Shown here: positions 1 through 10,365 of the stretch, in pieces
Numbering within the stretch: position 1 is the first letter of the stretch
Layout: the number at the start of each line of letters is the position of its first letter
Origin: Candidatus Poribacteria bacterium
Lineage (GTDB): Bacteria; Poribacteria; WGA-4E; WGA-3G
DNA length: 64,000 bases
Direction of reading: 5' to 3'
Assembly: GCA_964291315.2 (NCBI GenBank)
Contig: OZ219753.1
Coordinates: forward strand, 192,001 to 256,000
Made by a program: the position numbers and the translations under genes
The notes under the pieces: generated by a model
Told to the model about the DNA's origin: nothing
The model's database searches: none
The model's input: only the letters and a program-made list of their open reading frames with translations

Positions 1-35
1 ACCACAAACAGAAACGGATACAAGCAACATTTCAT
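1..35 (-). CDS. 5' end of a gene running off the window edge (MKCCLYPFLFV..., signal-peptide-like)
   Basis: ATG at 35-33 preceded by GAGGAG RBS; hydrophobic start. Confidence 0.55.
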   Translation of the reverse strand, partial: MKCCLYPFLFV

Positions 36-193
36 GAATAGCTCTCCTCTCTAACTAATAAACCAGAACTGTATCTTTTTCTTGACACAATTTAAATAAG
101 CCCATATACTTAAGATAATACATATTTGACATTTTTGACATAAAAAACTGTAAGTTACAAATTAATGCTAAGTGCTCACATCCAACAAGTATC

Positions 194-835
194 ATGAAAC
201 TTTTATCTATAAACGTCTCAAAGCCGAAGCCTATCCAATACGGAGGTAAGACTATCCGGACCGGGATTTTCAAAAAACCGGTATCAGGGGTTGTCATGCT
301 CGGAAAAAAGAACATCGACGGTGATGGCCAGGGTGACCCCCGAGTACACGGCGGCACCTATAAAGCTATCTATGGGTACCCGTTTGAACATTATAACCAT
401 TGGCAACAGGTATTGCAGAGAAATGACTTGATGTATGGGCAGTTTGGCGAAAATCTTACCCTTGAAGGCCTGTTGGAAGACAACGTCCATATAGGGGATG
501 TTTTTCAAATAGGTTCAACAGTGAAATTGCAGGTTACTCAACCGCGCGTACCATGTTTCAAACTCGCTTACAAAATGGGGCTGCCAGAATTCCCTAAGCA
601 GTTTCTAGAGAGTCGGCGCGTCGGGTTCTATTTTCGAGTGCTTGAAGAGGGCGAGATCACGGCGGGTGATACAGTTGGATGCGTTGAAACCGCCTCGGCA
701 TCGTTGAGTGTAACAGAGATACTGAATCTGCGGTATTTTGATACCAGTAACCATGAGAAAATCTCACAAGCGAGAAAACTTCCAGCCCTGTCTCCAAGTT
801 GGAAACGGGATTTTACAAAGCTTCTAAACCGATGA
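194..835 (+). CDS. MOSC domain protein with 3-alpha domain (YiiM-like)
   Basis: [40 protein letters not shown] motifs. Confidence 0.9.
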   Translation: MKLLSINVSKPKPIQYGGKTIRTGIFKKPVSGVVMLGKKNIDGDGQGDPRVHGGTYKAIYGYPFEHYNHWQQVLQRNDLMYGQFGENLTLEGLLEDNVHIGDVFQIGSTVKLQVTQPRVPCFKLAYKMGLPEFPKQFLESRRVGFYFRVLEEGEITAGDTVGCVETASASLSVTEILNLRYFDTSNHEKISQARKLPALSPSWKRDFTKLLNR

Positions 836-1563
836 ATATTTTTAAATCTACAACTAGACAGGAAACTAGTGAAGCCGCAGCACATCTTGCAAGTAAGAGT
901 CTGCGCGAAGCGATCGCCGAAAATGGACATGCCAACTTCATTGTAGCAACTGGGGCATCACAATTTGACTTCCTTGCTGCCCTCACAGCCGATAGGGCAA
1001 TCGACTGGAAAAAAACCACGATGTTCCATCTCGATGAGTACATAGGCATTCGTGAGACGCATCCTGCTAGTTTTCGCAAGTACCTACGTGAACGTTTCGT
1101 GGACATCGTTCATCCCGGAACGTTGTATTTTCTTGATGGAGAATCTGACCAACCGCAAGTCGAGTGTGATCGGCTCAATCAGATCATCTCACAGCAGCTC
1201 ATCGACGTGGCATTCGTAGGGATCGGTGAGAATGGACACCTCGCCTTCAACGATCCACCAGCGGACTTTGAAATAGAGGATCCGTATATTCTTGTCGAAT
1301 TAGATAGGGCTTGTCGCCTGCAGCAAGTGAGGGAGGGATGGTTCAAAAAATTAGACGAGGTACCGACCCAAGCGATTTCAATGTCTATCTGTCAGATTCT
1401 GAAAGCGCAAACAATTGTCTGTACTGTGCCAGATGAACGGAAAGCGGAGGCGGTACGGAATTGTCTGCATGGAGAGATAACACCTATGCACCCCGCCTCA
1501 ATTTTGCAAACGCACCCGGATTGCTCAGTGTTTCTAGACGCTGGATCGGCATCTCTGTTATAG
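832..1563 (+). CDS. nagB: glucosamine-6-phosphate deaminase family protein
   Basis: [25 protein letters not shown]; ATG 832 overlaps the upstream TGA (ATGA coupling). Confidence 0.85.
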   Translation: MNIFKSTTRQETSEAAAHLASKSLREAIAENGHANFIVATGASQFDFLAALTADRAIDWKKTTMFHLDEYIGIRETHPASFRKYLRERFVDIVHPGTLYFLDGESDQPQVECDRLNQIISQQLIDVAFVGIGENGHLAFNDPPADFEIEDPYILVELDRACRLQQVREGWFKKLDEVPTQAISMSICQILKAQTIVCTVPDERKAEAVRNCLHGEITPMHPASILQTHPDCSVFLDAGSASLL

Positions 1564-2026
1564 GTAAAACTCACAAGCCCGCCGGGGAATTTTACTATTG
1601 AGAAAAGATTCATTTTATGTCAAATTCCTTTTTCGGTTAAAGCTGTCCTGCTGCGTGTCAAGACGTTTTTTCGATTATTTCTTGTATACCAACCATTGAA
1701 GATCGATAATTAGTAACCGGCGACTAGTTCAAATCAGTGAAAACAAATTATAAAATCTTCCCAAATTTTGGATATAGCAATATATAAAGTCAACGTGAAA
1801 TATCAAGGATTTTGAAAATGGAGTCATTTAGTTTTCTTGTACTGCGGAAACCCGAAGCCCCAATTTCTAGCTATAGGATAGATTACCCAGTTCCCGCTGA
1901 ATGCCCTACAAGCATTCAGTGTTGATTTCTTTTCTTGTAGAAGCAAGCTCCCGTTCTCGACTTTCGGAGGGAAATGAAGAAAAAACTGAAAGCTAAATGG
2001 CTTTGTTTTGAAGATCGTTCAGTTTA

Positions 2027-2887
2027 ATGAAAGGAAAGAAGGTGGCACAACCTATCTACGGATTAACCGTTCGCGGGGTAACGAAACATTTTCGCAGAAC
2101 CAAGCGGGTGAAGAAAAAAGCCCGCTTTTATCAGAATATCCGCCAGATGTTCAAGCCAGAGAAAGATGTTATCCCTGCTGTTGACAATATCTCTTTAGAG
2201 GTGAATATTGGAGAAATCTACGGGATTCTCGGTGCAAATGGTTCAGGGAAATCGACCTTGATCCGCCTTATTTCAACGCTACTTGTTCCCGATGCGGGGA
2301 GTATTCACGTCTTCGGAGATGATGTTGTCACAGACAGCCTGAAGGTAAGACGCATAATGAATCGGGTTTCTGTTGAAGCCTCATTCTTCAAACGGCTTTC
2401 TTCAGCAGAAAACCTGATTTACACAGCTCGTCTTTACGGCATTCCTACTCCTGAAGCTGAACGAAAGGCGAGACAAATTTTGGAAAGACTTGGTTTTGAC
2501 GTGGATCGAATGAACGAGGAAATGGAACATCTATCGCGCGGGATGCAGCAGAAAGTTGCTATTGCCCGGGCCTTACTAACGACACCCATGCTCCTTTTGC
2601 TTGATGAACCCACCACGGGACTTGATCCCAAATCCAAGCGCGATGTGCAAAGCTTTATTGAGGAGGTCCGTCAAGAGCGAAGTGCTGTTATTGTCCTCAC
2701 AACGCATGATATGGCAGAGGCTGAAAGGTTGTGTGACAAAATCGCAATTATCGATGGTGGCAGGTTTATCGCACAGGGGACTGTCGAGGAGCTCATTGCT
2801 AGCACACTATCGCAGAACGGAGCACCTGTAACATTAGAAGAAGCCTTTATTGCATTAACCGGCAAATCGATTGAGGAGGAAGAGTAA
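2027..2887 (+). CDS. ABC transporter ATP-binding protein (ABC-2/DrrA-like)
   Basis: Walker A GANGSGKS, LSRGMQQ signature, LLLLDEPT Walker B, TTH. Confidence 0.92.
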   Translation: MKGKKVAQPIYGLTVRGVTKHFRRTKRVKKKARFYQNIRQMFKPEKDVIPAVDNISLEVNIGEIYGILGANGSGKSTLIRLISTLLVPDAGSIHVFGDDVVTDSLKVRRIMNRVSVEASFFKRLSSAENLIYTARLYGIPTPEAERKARQILERLGFDVDRMNEEMEHLSRGMQQKVAIARALLTTPMLLLLDEPTTGLDPKSKRDVQSFIEEVRQERSAVIVLTTHDMAEAERLCDKIAIIDGGRFIAQGTVEELIASTLSQNGAPVTLEEAFIALTGKSIEEEE

Positions 2888-2891
2888 AGTC

Positions 2892-3698
2892 TTGCTTAAT
2901 CTCGCTCGAGAGACGATTGTCTCTTACGCTTTCATTGAACGCAACTTTAACTTGTTGAAGCGGTATCTGAGTTGGGAAATCCTCTTTTTCAGTTATTCCA
3001 TCGTCAATGCCCTAACTATCGGTTTGATTATGGTAGGGCGTGGCAGCAGTGAAGATGTACTGTACCTCGTCATTGGTGCATTAATCTGGGGATTTCTCTC
3101 TATTATGATGCGTGAGGTGAGCGACGCAATTACTTGGGAACGTTGGGAAGGAACAATCGAATATACCTTTATGGCACCGATTTACCGCATCACACACTTA
3201 GTCGGTTCGTGTCTCTTCGCAATTCTGTACGGATTGCTGCGAACCGGTTTAGTGCTGGCGATAATGCCATTTTTTTTTGGTGAGTACATCGACTTGGGGT
3301 CCGCAAATTGGTTAACTATGTTCGTTATTGTCCTAATTTCCAGTCTCTCTTTCATCGGTATCGGTCTAATAGCAGCAATTTTCCCTTTGCTCTCCCCTGA
3401 AAAGGGACAATCTGCAACCGGTATTATCCAATCGTTCCTGCTTTTAGTCTCCGGTGTTTATTACGAAATTGAGGTGCTACCGGACTGGATCCAACCAATC
3501 TCCAAAATTTCACCTGCCACCTATACACTCAAATCTATCCGGGCGGCGATACTTGATAACGCCTCTATTCAGAGCCAGATGGGTAATTTAGCCTTGCTGT
3601 TGATCATCGGTACTCTACTCATTCCCTTCGGATTTTGGGTCTTTTACCTCGGTGAAAAGTATGCGAAGCGCGTTGGTAGACTTAAAAGGAGTGGTTAG
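2892..3698 (+). CDS. ABC-2 type transporter permease
   Basis: About six TM segments, ERWEGTIE...MAP, SGVYY...LPDW motifs; start uncertain (TTG 2892 or 2871). Confidence 0.88.
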   Translation: MLNLARETIVSYAFIERNFNLLKRYLSWEILFFSYSIVNALTIGLIMVGRGSSEDVLYLVIGALIWGFLSIMMREVSDAITWERWEGTIEYTFMAPIYRITHLVGSCLFAILYGLLRTGLVLAIMPFFFGEYIDLGSANWLTMFVIVLISSLSFIGIGLIAAIFPLLSPEKGQSATGIIQSFLLLVSGVYYEIEVLPDWIQPISKISPATYTLKSIRAAILDNASIQSQMGNLALLLIIGTLLIPFGFWVFYLGEKYAKRVGRLKRSG

Positions 3699-3946
3699 AT
3701 ATTTAAGAGCGAACCTGTAGTTAACTTCAGGTTCATGCAACCTTAAGCGCGGCTGTAGGTGTTGCTAGTTAAGTTTTCTTCGGAATCAGCCAGTGTGCCA
3801 ACCAATTTGTTGTGTTCTAAGTGACATGCCGGGGCTTACATGGGTTTAAGGTGTTCCACTTTCCCGCTCCAAGGTGTAGGAGGTGTATAAAAAGTAGCGC
3901 ATCGGACGGGGATGCGTATAGCTATTTATTTACTACGGAGGAGTTA

Positions 3947-6900
3947 ATGTCAGGATATTACAGATTTCCAACAATTTGTCAGGAGACTATTGTTTTTGTA
4001 TGTGAAGATGACTTATGGACAGTTCCAGTCGAAGGCGGTATTGCCCGAAGACTCACATCAAATCGTGGGGCAGCAAGCTCTCCATGTTTATCCCCGAATG
4101 GCGAATTGCTTGCTTTTTCTGGGCGTGAGGAAGGTCCGTCAGAGGTTTATGTTATGCCTGCCCTTGGCGGTGAGGCGAAGCGCCTCACTTATCAAGGTAG
4201 CAACGCTGCTGTTGTTAATTGGGATGCTGAGGGTGAATATATCCTCTATTCAAGCGGTGCTGGTTTAGCATTTGATCCATGGATATGGAAAATTTCCGCA
4301 GAAGGTGGAGAGCCGCAACGACTTGCCTACGGACCTGCTAATCACATCGACTTCGGCAACGCGGGCCGGGTGATCATCGGGCGATTGACGCGAGAACCCG
4401 CACGGTGGAAACGCTACCGGGGCGGTACAGCTGGACAACTCTGGGTAGACATCAAGGGAGATGGGGAATTCCGCCACATCGCGCCTGTCGATGGTAATTT
4501 CACTGCACCCATGTGGATCGGCGAACGTCTCTATTTTATTTCGGACCATGAAGGAGTCGGAAACATCTACTCCTGCTTCCCTGACGGTGCGGGCGTTCAA
4601 CGCCACACTCACCAGGATATCTACTACTGCCGCTCGGCGCAAACAGATGGAACCCAGATCGTCTACCATGCTGGCGCAGACTTGTTTGTTTATGACATTG
4701 GAAGCGACACCGACACTCGCGTTGATGTTGAGTTCCGCAGCCCGCGTATTCAGAGACAGCGGAAGTTTATTAGTGCATCGAGATATCTACGAGAGTATGC
4801 CCTAACCCCGGATGGACATGCATTAGCTTTGACAGTCCGGGGCAAACCCTTTACTATGGCGAATTGGGAGGGCGCTGTTCTCCAACATGGCGAGCGCAAT
4901 GGAACGCGTTACCGCTTTACAAAGTGGCTCAATGATGCCAAACGTCTTATTACCCTTTCTGATGCTGGTGGAGAGGAAGCACTTGAAATCCATACACTCG
5001 ATGACAGTGCAGACATAATCCGTTTTGACACGTTTGACCTCGGACATGTTCGTTCTCTTACAGTCTCACCACAAACGAAGGCAGGCAAAAGTGACTGTTT
5101 ACTTCTAACTAACAACCGTTTTGAGCTTCTGCACATTGACCTCGAAATGCAGAAAATGCGGATCCTTGACGAAAGTATCTATCGGAGCATCCAAGGCGCG
5201 GCGTGGTCCCCTGACGGCGAATGGTGTGCATATAGTTTTTCATCAACAGAGACTACTATTTCGATCAAACTCTGCAAAATCGCGACAGGTGAAACATGGC
5301 TCATTACCCAGCCTGAGTTTAAAGATTTTTCACCTGCGTGGGACCCCGATGGGAAGTATCTCTACTTTCTTTCGTACCGTGAATTCAATCCAATTTACGA
5401 TGCGCTTCACTTTGATCTGGGTTTTCCTTCAGCGATGCGTCCGTTTTTGATAACTTTGCAGGAGACTCTAGGGAATCCGTTCGTGCCGGAGCCGCGTCCA
5501 TTTGAAGAGGAGAAGGAAGATAGGGACAAGGAAAACCAAGAAGAGCAACCAGAATCGTTCGTTGAGAAGGACGACGGGGCTGAGAAGGAAAGCCCACCGA
5601 TCACCATCAATCTAGATGGGATTTCACAACGTGTTGTCGCTTTTCCCTATCCGCGAGGACATTATGGACAGATTGCCGGCATTGAGGGCAAGGTCATCTT
5701 TACTTCCTTTCCTTCGCAAGAGGTATCAGATCCTCTCACTGATGATAGCAATACGGGACGGGGCAAGCTCCACTCCTATGATTTCAAGGAGCAGAAAAAA
5801 GAGATGCTTGTTTCAGGTATTACGGATTTTCAACTCTCTGGTGATGCGAAGACGCTTGTATATTCTAGCGGAAATCGGTTGCGTGTTATCAGAGCAGGTA
5901 AAAAAATCGAAGACACCTCGAAGTCTGGGCATAAAGGTGACCCAAGTCGCCAAAATGGTTGGGTTGATCTCAACCGTATCAAAGCTTCTGTCATTCCCAC
6001 GTCCGAGTGGTATCAGATGTATCGAGAGGCGTGGCGCCTTCAACGAGATTACTTTTGGACAGCGGATATGTCTGGCGTGGATTGGGAAAACGTCTATCAA
6101 CGTTATCTTCCACTCCTCGACCGAATTGCAACGCGCGGAGAATTTTCTGACCTCATGTGGGAGATGCAAGGCGAGCTCGGCACCTCACACGCCTATGAAT
6201 TTGGGGGCGATTATCGCAATTCACCGAATTATGCCCAGGGGTTTCTCGGTGCTGATTGTGCCTATGATGCTGAGAGCGGAGGGTATCGCGTCACGCATAT
6301 TCCGCAAGGCGATCCTTGGGAAACAACGAAGAATTCTCCGCTGAATGCCCCTGGTGTTAACGTCCGCGTAGGAGATATTTTGCTTGCGATCGGGGGACAA
6401 AGCGTCAGCGAAACCGTTTCGCCCTGTGAACTCTTAGTGAACCTCGCTAACCAAGAGGTACAAGCTGTCTTCCAAAACGCGGAGGATAGCGAGAAACGTT
6501 TTGTTACGCTCAAAGTGTTGGGAAGTGAAAAAGAGTTACTGTATCGCGAGTGGGTGTCCCGAAATCGGCAATACGTCCATGAAAAAACGGATGGAAAAGT
6601 CGGATATGTCCATATTCCAGATATGTCGCGACGTGGATATGCAGAGTTTCACCGTGGTTTTCTTGCTGAGGTTAGTTATCCGGGGTTATTGGTTGATGTC
6701 CGTTATAATGGTGGTGGACACGTTTCCCAATTGCTTTTGGAGAAATTGGCGCGGCGTCGGATCGGCTATGACGTGCCGCGTTGGGGAACACCACACCCGT
6801 ACCCAGATGCTTCAGTCCTCGGTCCGATAGTGGCGGTTACTAACGAAAACGCAGGTTCTGACGGCGATATCTTCTCACACTGCTTTAAACTCATGGATCT

Positions 6901-7216
6901 AGGGTTGCTTATCGGAAAACGAACCTGGGGCGGCGTTATCGGTATTTCACCGCATCAGATGTTTGTGGATAGAGGGGGAACGACGCAACCCGAGTATTCT
7001 TTCTGGTTCGTTGATGTCGGTTGGAACGTTGAAAATTACGGCACCGACCCTGATATCGAGGTAGACTATCGCCCGCAGGATTACGCCGCCGAAAACGATC
7101 CGCAGCTCGACAGGGGAATAAAAGAGCTCCTCCGGCAGATGGAAGAGAATCCACCCGAAGTTCCTGATTTCGGCGACCGTCCACGTTTAACCTTGCCCAC
7201 TTTACCTAAGGCTTAA
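3947..7216 (+). CDS. tricorn protease homolog (S41 peptidase with beta-propellers and PDZ)
   Basis: WKRYRGG, GYVHIPDM, DVRYNGGG, AGSDGD catalytic Ser, GKRTWGGV; ATG 3947 after GGAGGAG. Confidence 0.93.
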   Translation: MSGYYRFPTICQETIVFVCEDDLWTVPVEGGIARRLTSNRGAASSPCLSPNGELLAFSGREEGPSEVYVMPALGGEAKRLTYQGSNAAVVNWDAEGEYILYSSGAGLAFDPWIWKISAEGGEPQRLAYGPANHIDFGNAGRVIIGRLTREPARWKRYRGGTAGQLWVDIKGDGEFRHIAPVDGNFTAPMWIGERLYFISDHEGVGNIYSCFPDGAGVQRHTHQDIYYCRSAQTDGTQIVYHAGADLFVYDIGSDTDTRVDVEFRSPRIQRQRKFISASRYLREYALTPDGHALALTVRGKPFTMANWEGAVLQHGERNGTRYRFTKWLNDAKRLITLSDAGGEEALEIHTLDDSADIIRFDTFDLGHVRSLTVSPQTKAGKSDCLLLTNNRFELLHIDLEMQKMRILDESIYRSIQGAAWSPDGEWCAYSFSSTETTISIKLCKIATGETWLITQPEFKDFSPAWDPDGKYLYFLSYREFNPIYDALHFDLGFPSAMRPFLITLQETLGNPFVPEPRPFEEEKEDRDKENQEEQPESFVEKDDGAEKESPPITINLDGISQRVVAFPYPRGHYGQIAGIEGKVIFTSFPSQEVSDPLTDDSNTGRGKLHSYDFKEQKKEMLVSGITDFQLSGDAKTLVYSSGNRLRVIRAGKKIEDTSKSGHKGDPSRQNGWVDLNRIKASVIPTSEWYQMYREAWRLQRDYFWTADMSGVDWENVYQRYLPLLDRIATRGEFSDLMWEMQGELGTSHAYEFGGDYRNSPNYAQGFLGADCAYDAESGGYRVTHIPQGDPWETTKNSPLNAPGVNVRVGDILLAIGGQSVSETVSPCELLVNLANQEVQAVFQNAEDSEKRFVTLKVLGSEKELLYREWVSRNRQYVHEKTDGKVGYVHIPDMSRRGYAEFHRGFLAEVSYPGLLVDVRYNGGGHVSQLLLEKLARRRIGYDVPRWGTPHPYPDASVLGPIVAVTNENAGSDGDIFSHCFKLMDLGLLIGKRTWGGVIGISPHQMFVDRGGTTQPEYSFWFVDVGWNVENYGTDPDIEVDYRPQDYAAENDPQLDRGIKELLRQMEENPPEVPDFGDRPRLTLPTLPKA

Positions 7217-7242
7217 TGCAAGCTAACATCGGTTCTCGAATT

Positions 7243-7268
7243 GGTAGGCGCGGTTTCTTAACCGTGCC
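7243..7268. repeat. GTAG-headed REP-like hairpin
   Basis: GGTA-GGCGCGGTT...AACCGTGCC stem; first 10 nt identical to 41000-41009. Confidence 0.55.
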
Positions 7269-7406
7269 GAATCCGCTTCCCTATCTTACCTTAGGGTGTT
7301 TCTGGTCCTGACTCTTTTGCTGTAAGGGCGAGTGCCGGCTCTCAACTGCTTCCGCAGTCTTGCAAAAAACGGAAAATAAATGGTTCTAAATCGCTAAAAG
7401 ATATTT

Positions 7407-7436
7407 TTGACATCTACCTTAACTTTATGCTATACT
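7407..7436 (+). promoter_or_regulatory. sigma70-type promoter of dprA
   Basis: TTGACA-18 nt-TATACT with extended TG. Confidence 0.65.
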
Positions 7437-7494
7437 CTTTAATATAAATATATAAGAACCTAAAATGGACAATTGCACACTTCAGAGGACAAGC

Positions 7495-8457
7495 ATGGCG
7501 GATTCAAAAGAAGGAGCTCTTGTTGAATATTGGCTAGCCCTTTCTTCAGTCGAAGGATTAGGGAGTGTTCGCATCAAGCGCCTCATTGCCCGCTTCGGGA
7601 GTGTCAAGGCAATTTTTGAAGCAGAACTCCCGGAAATCGCACGGTTGCCCTCCTTCAACCCTCTTCTCGCTACGCGGATACTTACGGTATCGAGCAATTT
7701 TCGGATGTTCCGAGATAGGCTCGCTGTACTCAACAAGCAGAATGTTCGTGTTTTGTGTCCGGATACCCCTAGCTATCCGATGCAACTTAAAATACTTCCT
7801 GATGCCCCTGGGATTCTCTGTCATGTCGGTGAGTTGATAGAGATTAATAGACCGTGTGTCGCCGTCGTAGGCACACAGCGGCCCAGCACAGAGGCGATTC
7901 AGCTTACACTTGCACTCGCGACAACCCTGGCGCTCACCGGGTTTACCGTCGTCAGTGGACTCGCAGCAGGTATTGATACTTATGCTCACGCCGGCGCGCT
8001 GGCCGCTATGGGGCAAACCATCGGAGTTGTCGGCGCAGACCTCTCTTCTATCTATCCAGCACATAATAATTCACTTGCTATGCAGATCTCTGAGAACGGG
8101 TGCTTGTTTTCAGAGCATCCCTTTCCGACTGTGCCATCGCCCGGAAACCTCGTTCAACGCAACCGTATCATCAGCGGACTTTCAACGGCAACAATCGTAA
8201 TTGAGGCGCAGAAAGCCGGTGGGGCAATGCACACGGCCCGATATGCACAACGTCAAGGTAAAGCACTCCTAGCTTGCCGATGGGAAGGAGCCCCCACCGC
8301 TACCCGTGAAGGGCCACGAGAGTTGATAAAGGGCGGCGCTTTTCCTTTCCGGCCCACCGAACTCGATAAAGTCATTGATGTACTTCTGCATCCAGAGCAG
8401 TTCGAAAGTTACATGGCCAGTACATCCAGTGAGCAGATAGGACTGTTTGAGGAATAA
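7495..8457 (+). CDS. dprA: DNA-processing protein DprA
   Basis: N-terminal HhH/SAM-like GLGSVR, AVVGTQ, VSGLAAGID, QRNRIISGLS; ATG 7495 after GAGGA. Confidence 0.92.
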   Translation: MADSKEGALVEYWLALSSVEGLGSVRIKRLIARFGSVKAIFEAELPEIARLPSFNPLLATRILTVSSNFRMFRDRLAVLNKQNVRVLCPDTPSYPMQLKILPDAPGILCHVGELIEINRPCVAVVGTQRPSTEAIQLTLALATTLALTGFTVVSGLAAGIDTYAHAGALAAMGQTIGVVGADLSSIYPAHNNSLAMQISENGCLFSEHPFPTVPSPGNLVQRNRIISGLSTATIVIEAQKAGGAMHTARYAQRQGKALLACRWEGAPTATREGPRELIKGGAFPFRPTELDKVIDVLLHPEQFESYMASTSSEQIGLFEE

Positions 8458-8980
8458 CGGTCAGCAAGAAACTTTTGTACCAATTAGATAGATTAGAACG
8501 CAACGAATTGGTGCACTCCGAAAATGGACAAAGTCGATGTGCTAACAACTAATAACTGAAACTAACTTTGAGGATATACGAGTTAATATCTCTATTCTGC
8601 TGTGAAGAGATATGGGTTGATAAGCCAGACTCTGTGAGCTTGTGGTTTGATTCCAAATAACCTTGCTGATTTCGAATCTTTACTGCAGATAGCAAGTAGG
8701 TTCAGCAAACAAAACAGAATATCTTATTCTGCTTACCTCGATCTCAAGTATCTTAATGCTGATCAATACGTTGAATTTATCTACGACATCGCCAGCACCT
8801 TCTTTATCATATTTTACTTGCTTTTTTTTAAAAAATGTGTTAACATATATCTAAAGTATCTCGGAGCGCCCTTTCCAGGAGTGGAGCCCATTTCAACTGG
8901 CAGAGGATGTTAAAGTATACTTGCATGTTGAACAGTGTCCTTAAAATCGATTTCGTATAGCAGTATGTATCATTTTTTTC

Positions 8981-9058
8981 TTGACAACGTTTAAATCTAT
9001 GGTAAATTTACCATATAATAAGTTTTTTCTTGACAAAAGAAAACTACTTTTGTATAAT
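8981..9058 (+). promoter_or_regulatory. tandem sigma70 promoters with an 18-bp palindromic operator
   Basis: TTGACA 8981/TAAATT 9003; TTGACA 9030-17 nt-TATAAT 9053; perfect palindrome TATGGTAAATTTACCATA 8998-9015. Confidence 0.7.
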
Positions 9059-9159
9059 CTTTAATAGAACCCATATTTTACCTTTACAGAGTTTTCAATT
9101 TTTGCTAAACTTTTAAGGTACTTGTTTAGATATTGACTTTCGGGCGAAGATGCGGTTTT

Positions 9160-9450
9160 CCAATGGTGTTTTAACAAATCGTTCTCGCGAAATTCTATTC
9201 TCAAGGTGTCGGATCGCTCTTTATGAAATCGTAAAGGACGCCAACGAAATAGCCCTGCGTTACTCGACTTAACGAGAATATAACCGTGGGTTCTCAGCAT
9301 CGCTGTTGAATTGTACAAGCAACAACGATCGCGAAACCAACTTTCCCTAAAATCTAATTTTGCAGACTAATAGGGAAAGCACCGAAAGTTTTTAGCACAC
9401 CCAATCCAACGGGTGTATTTTGATAATTTAAATTTAAGGAGTTAACTCTA
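9160..9450 (+). ncRNA. putative large structured 5' leader RNA, copy A
   Basis: Multiple stems; co-linear similarity and covariation with 46051-46380 (minus). Confidence 0.6.
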
Positions 9451-10104
9451 ATGACAAAATTGTTTAGAACCTTAGCCTTATTATTAGCAGGCTTGCTTGC
9501 TGTTTCCATGCTCGCCGGCTGCGGAGGCGATGATGATACTAGTGATGAGGAACCCACCCCGGCGAGCTTTACAAGCGCAAACCCGCCAAGCGGTTCAACC
9601 ATTGCCTCTAATGCAAGTGTCACCCTCACTTTCGACAACGCACCGACTGATGTTACAGTAAGTGCCGGCACTCACACAGTTACCGGTAAAACCGTGACCG
9701 TCACCGGTTTCACACCCGGAGCCTTAAGCCTAACAGTCACTTGGGCTGATGGGACCCAGGCTCTTAACTACACCGTTACTGCTCCTGACACGGATGCACC
9801 ACAAGTTACCGGTGGAACCGTTGAAGACGGGGCAGAAGATGTCGATCCCGAGGAAATCAATAGCGGTGCTATGCTGGAAGTTACCTTCAATGAAGACGTA
9901 ACCGGAAACATCGCGCTTCAAACCGAAGCCGGCGATGATGTCGGTTGGCTCGGAAAAGTTGAGGGGAATACAGCTACTCTCGAACTTGTTAAGGGCAAAG
10001 AGATCGGCAACGAAACCACCTACGTTATCGCAGGTAAGGTTTCTGATGCCGCAGGCAACCCGGCTGACGTTAACATAACCTTTGTAACCAAGGGTAAAGA
10101 GTAA
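9451..10104 (+). CDS. lipoprotein with two bacterial Ig-like (Big_5/SbsA-like) domains
   Basis: Lipobox LAGC, acidic linker, Thr/Val-rich beta strands, LTFD/VTFNE and VSDAAGN motifs; AAGGAG RBS. Confidence 0.85.
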   Translation: MTKLFRTLALLLAGLLAVSMLAGCGGDDDTSDEEPTPASFTSANPPSGSTIASNASVTLTFDNAPTDVTVSAGTHTVTGKTVTVTGFTPGALSLTVTWADGTQALNYTVTAPDTDAPQVTGGTVEDGAEDVDPEEINSGAMLEVTFNEDVTGNIALQTEAGDDVGWLGKVEGNTATLELVKGKEIGNETTYVIAGKVSDAAGNPADVNITFVTKGKE

Positions 10105-10127
10105 ATTTTGAGGCTATTTCGGTACCG

Positions 10128-10163
10128 AGGGCGGCGTATTTTCGAATACGTTGCCCTTTTTTT
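10128..10163 (+). terminator. intrinsic terminator
   Basis: AGGGCGGCGTATT-TTCG-AATACGTTGCCCT followed by a T run. Confidence 0.85.
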
Positions 10164-10238
10164 GTTAGCAGTCAACCCTTGACAAGAAAGACAGAATCTC
10201 TGATAACTGATTGCTGGCAGCTAACAACCTTTTTTTTA

Positions 10239-10328
10239 TTGACACAATTTTTCATTAATGCTATGATCGTGTAGTTAGATTCAAAAGCAGATATTTTTTT
10301 GAACAGTTTTTGAAAAGGTGTTGTCTAA
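10239..10328 (+). promoter_or_regulatory. sigma70 promoter plus candidate ECF promoter of the sigma gene
   Basis: TTGACA 10239-17 nt-TATGAT 10262; GAACAG 10301-16 nt-GTCTAA 10323. Confidence 0.6.
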
Positions 10329-10365
10329 TCAATCAGACATCAGAACACTTAAGGAGTAAAGTTCG

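Noticed and set aside
8647-8913. 88-aa plus-strand ORF between dprA and the lipoprotein gene
   Set aside because: TTG start without RBS, AT-rich, no recognisable motif; may be a remnant but cannot be supported.
9061-9318. 85-aa minus-strand ORF
   Set aside because: Antisense to the structured leader and promoter; no RBS.
9160-9450. Known RNAs (T-box, cobalamin, SAM-I, c-di-GMP, c-di-AMP, tmRNA, RNase P, SRP)
   Set aside because: Their hallmark sequences were not found by eye; a covariance-model search is still needed.
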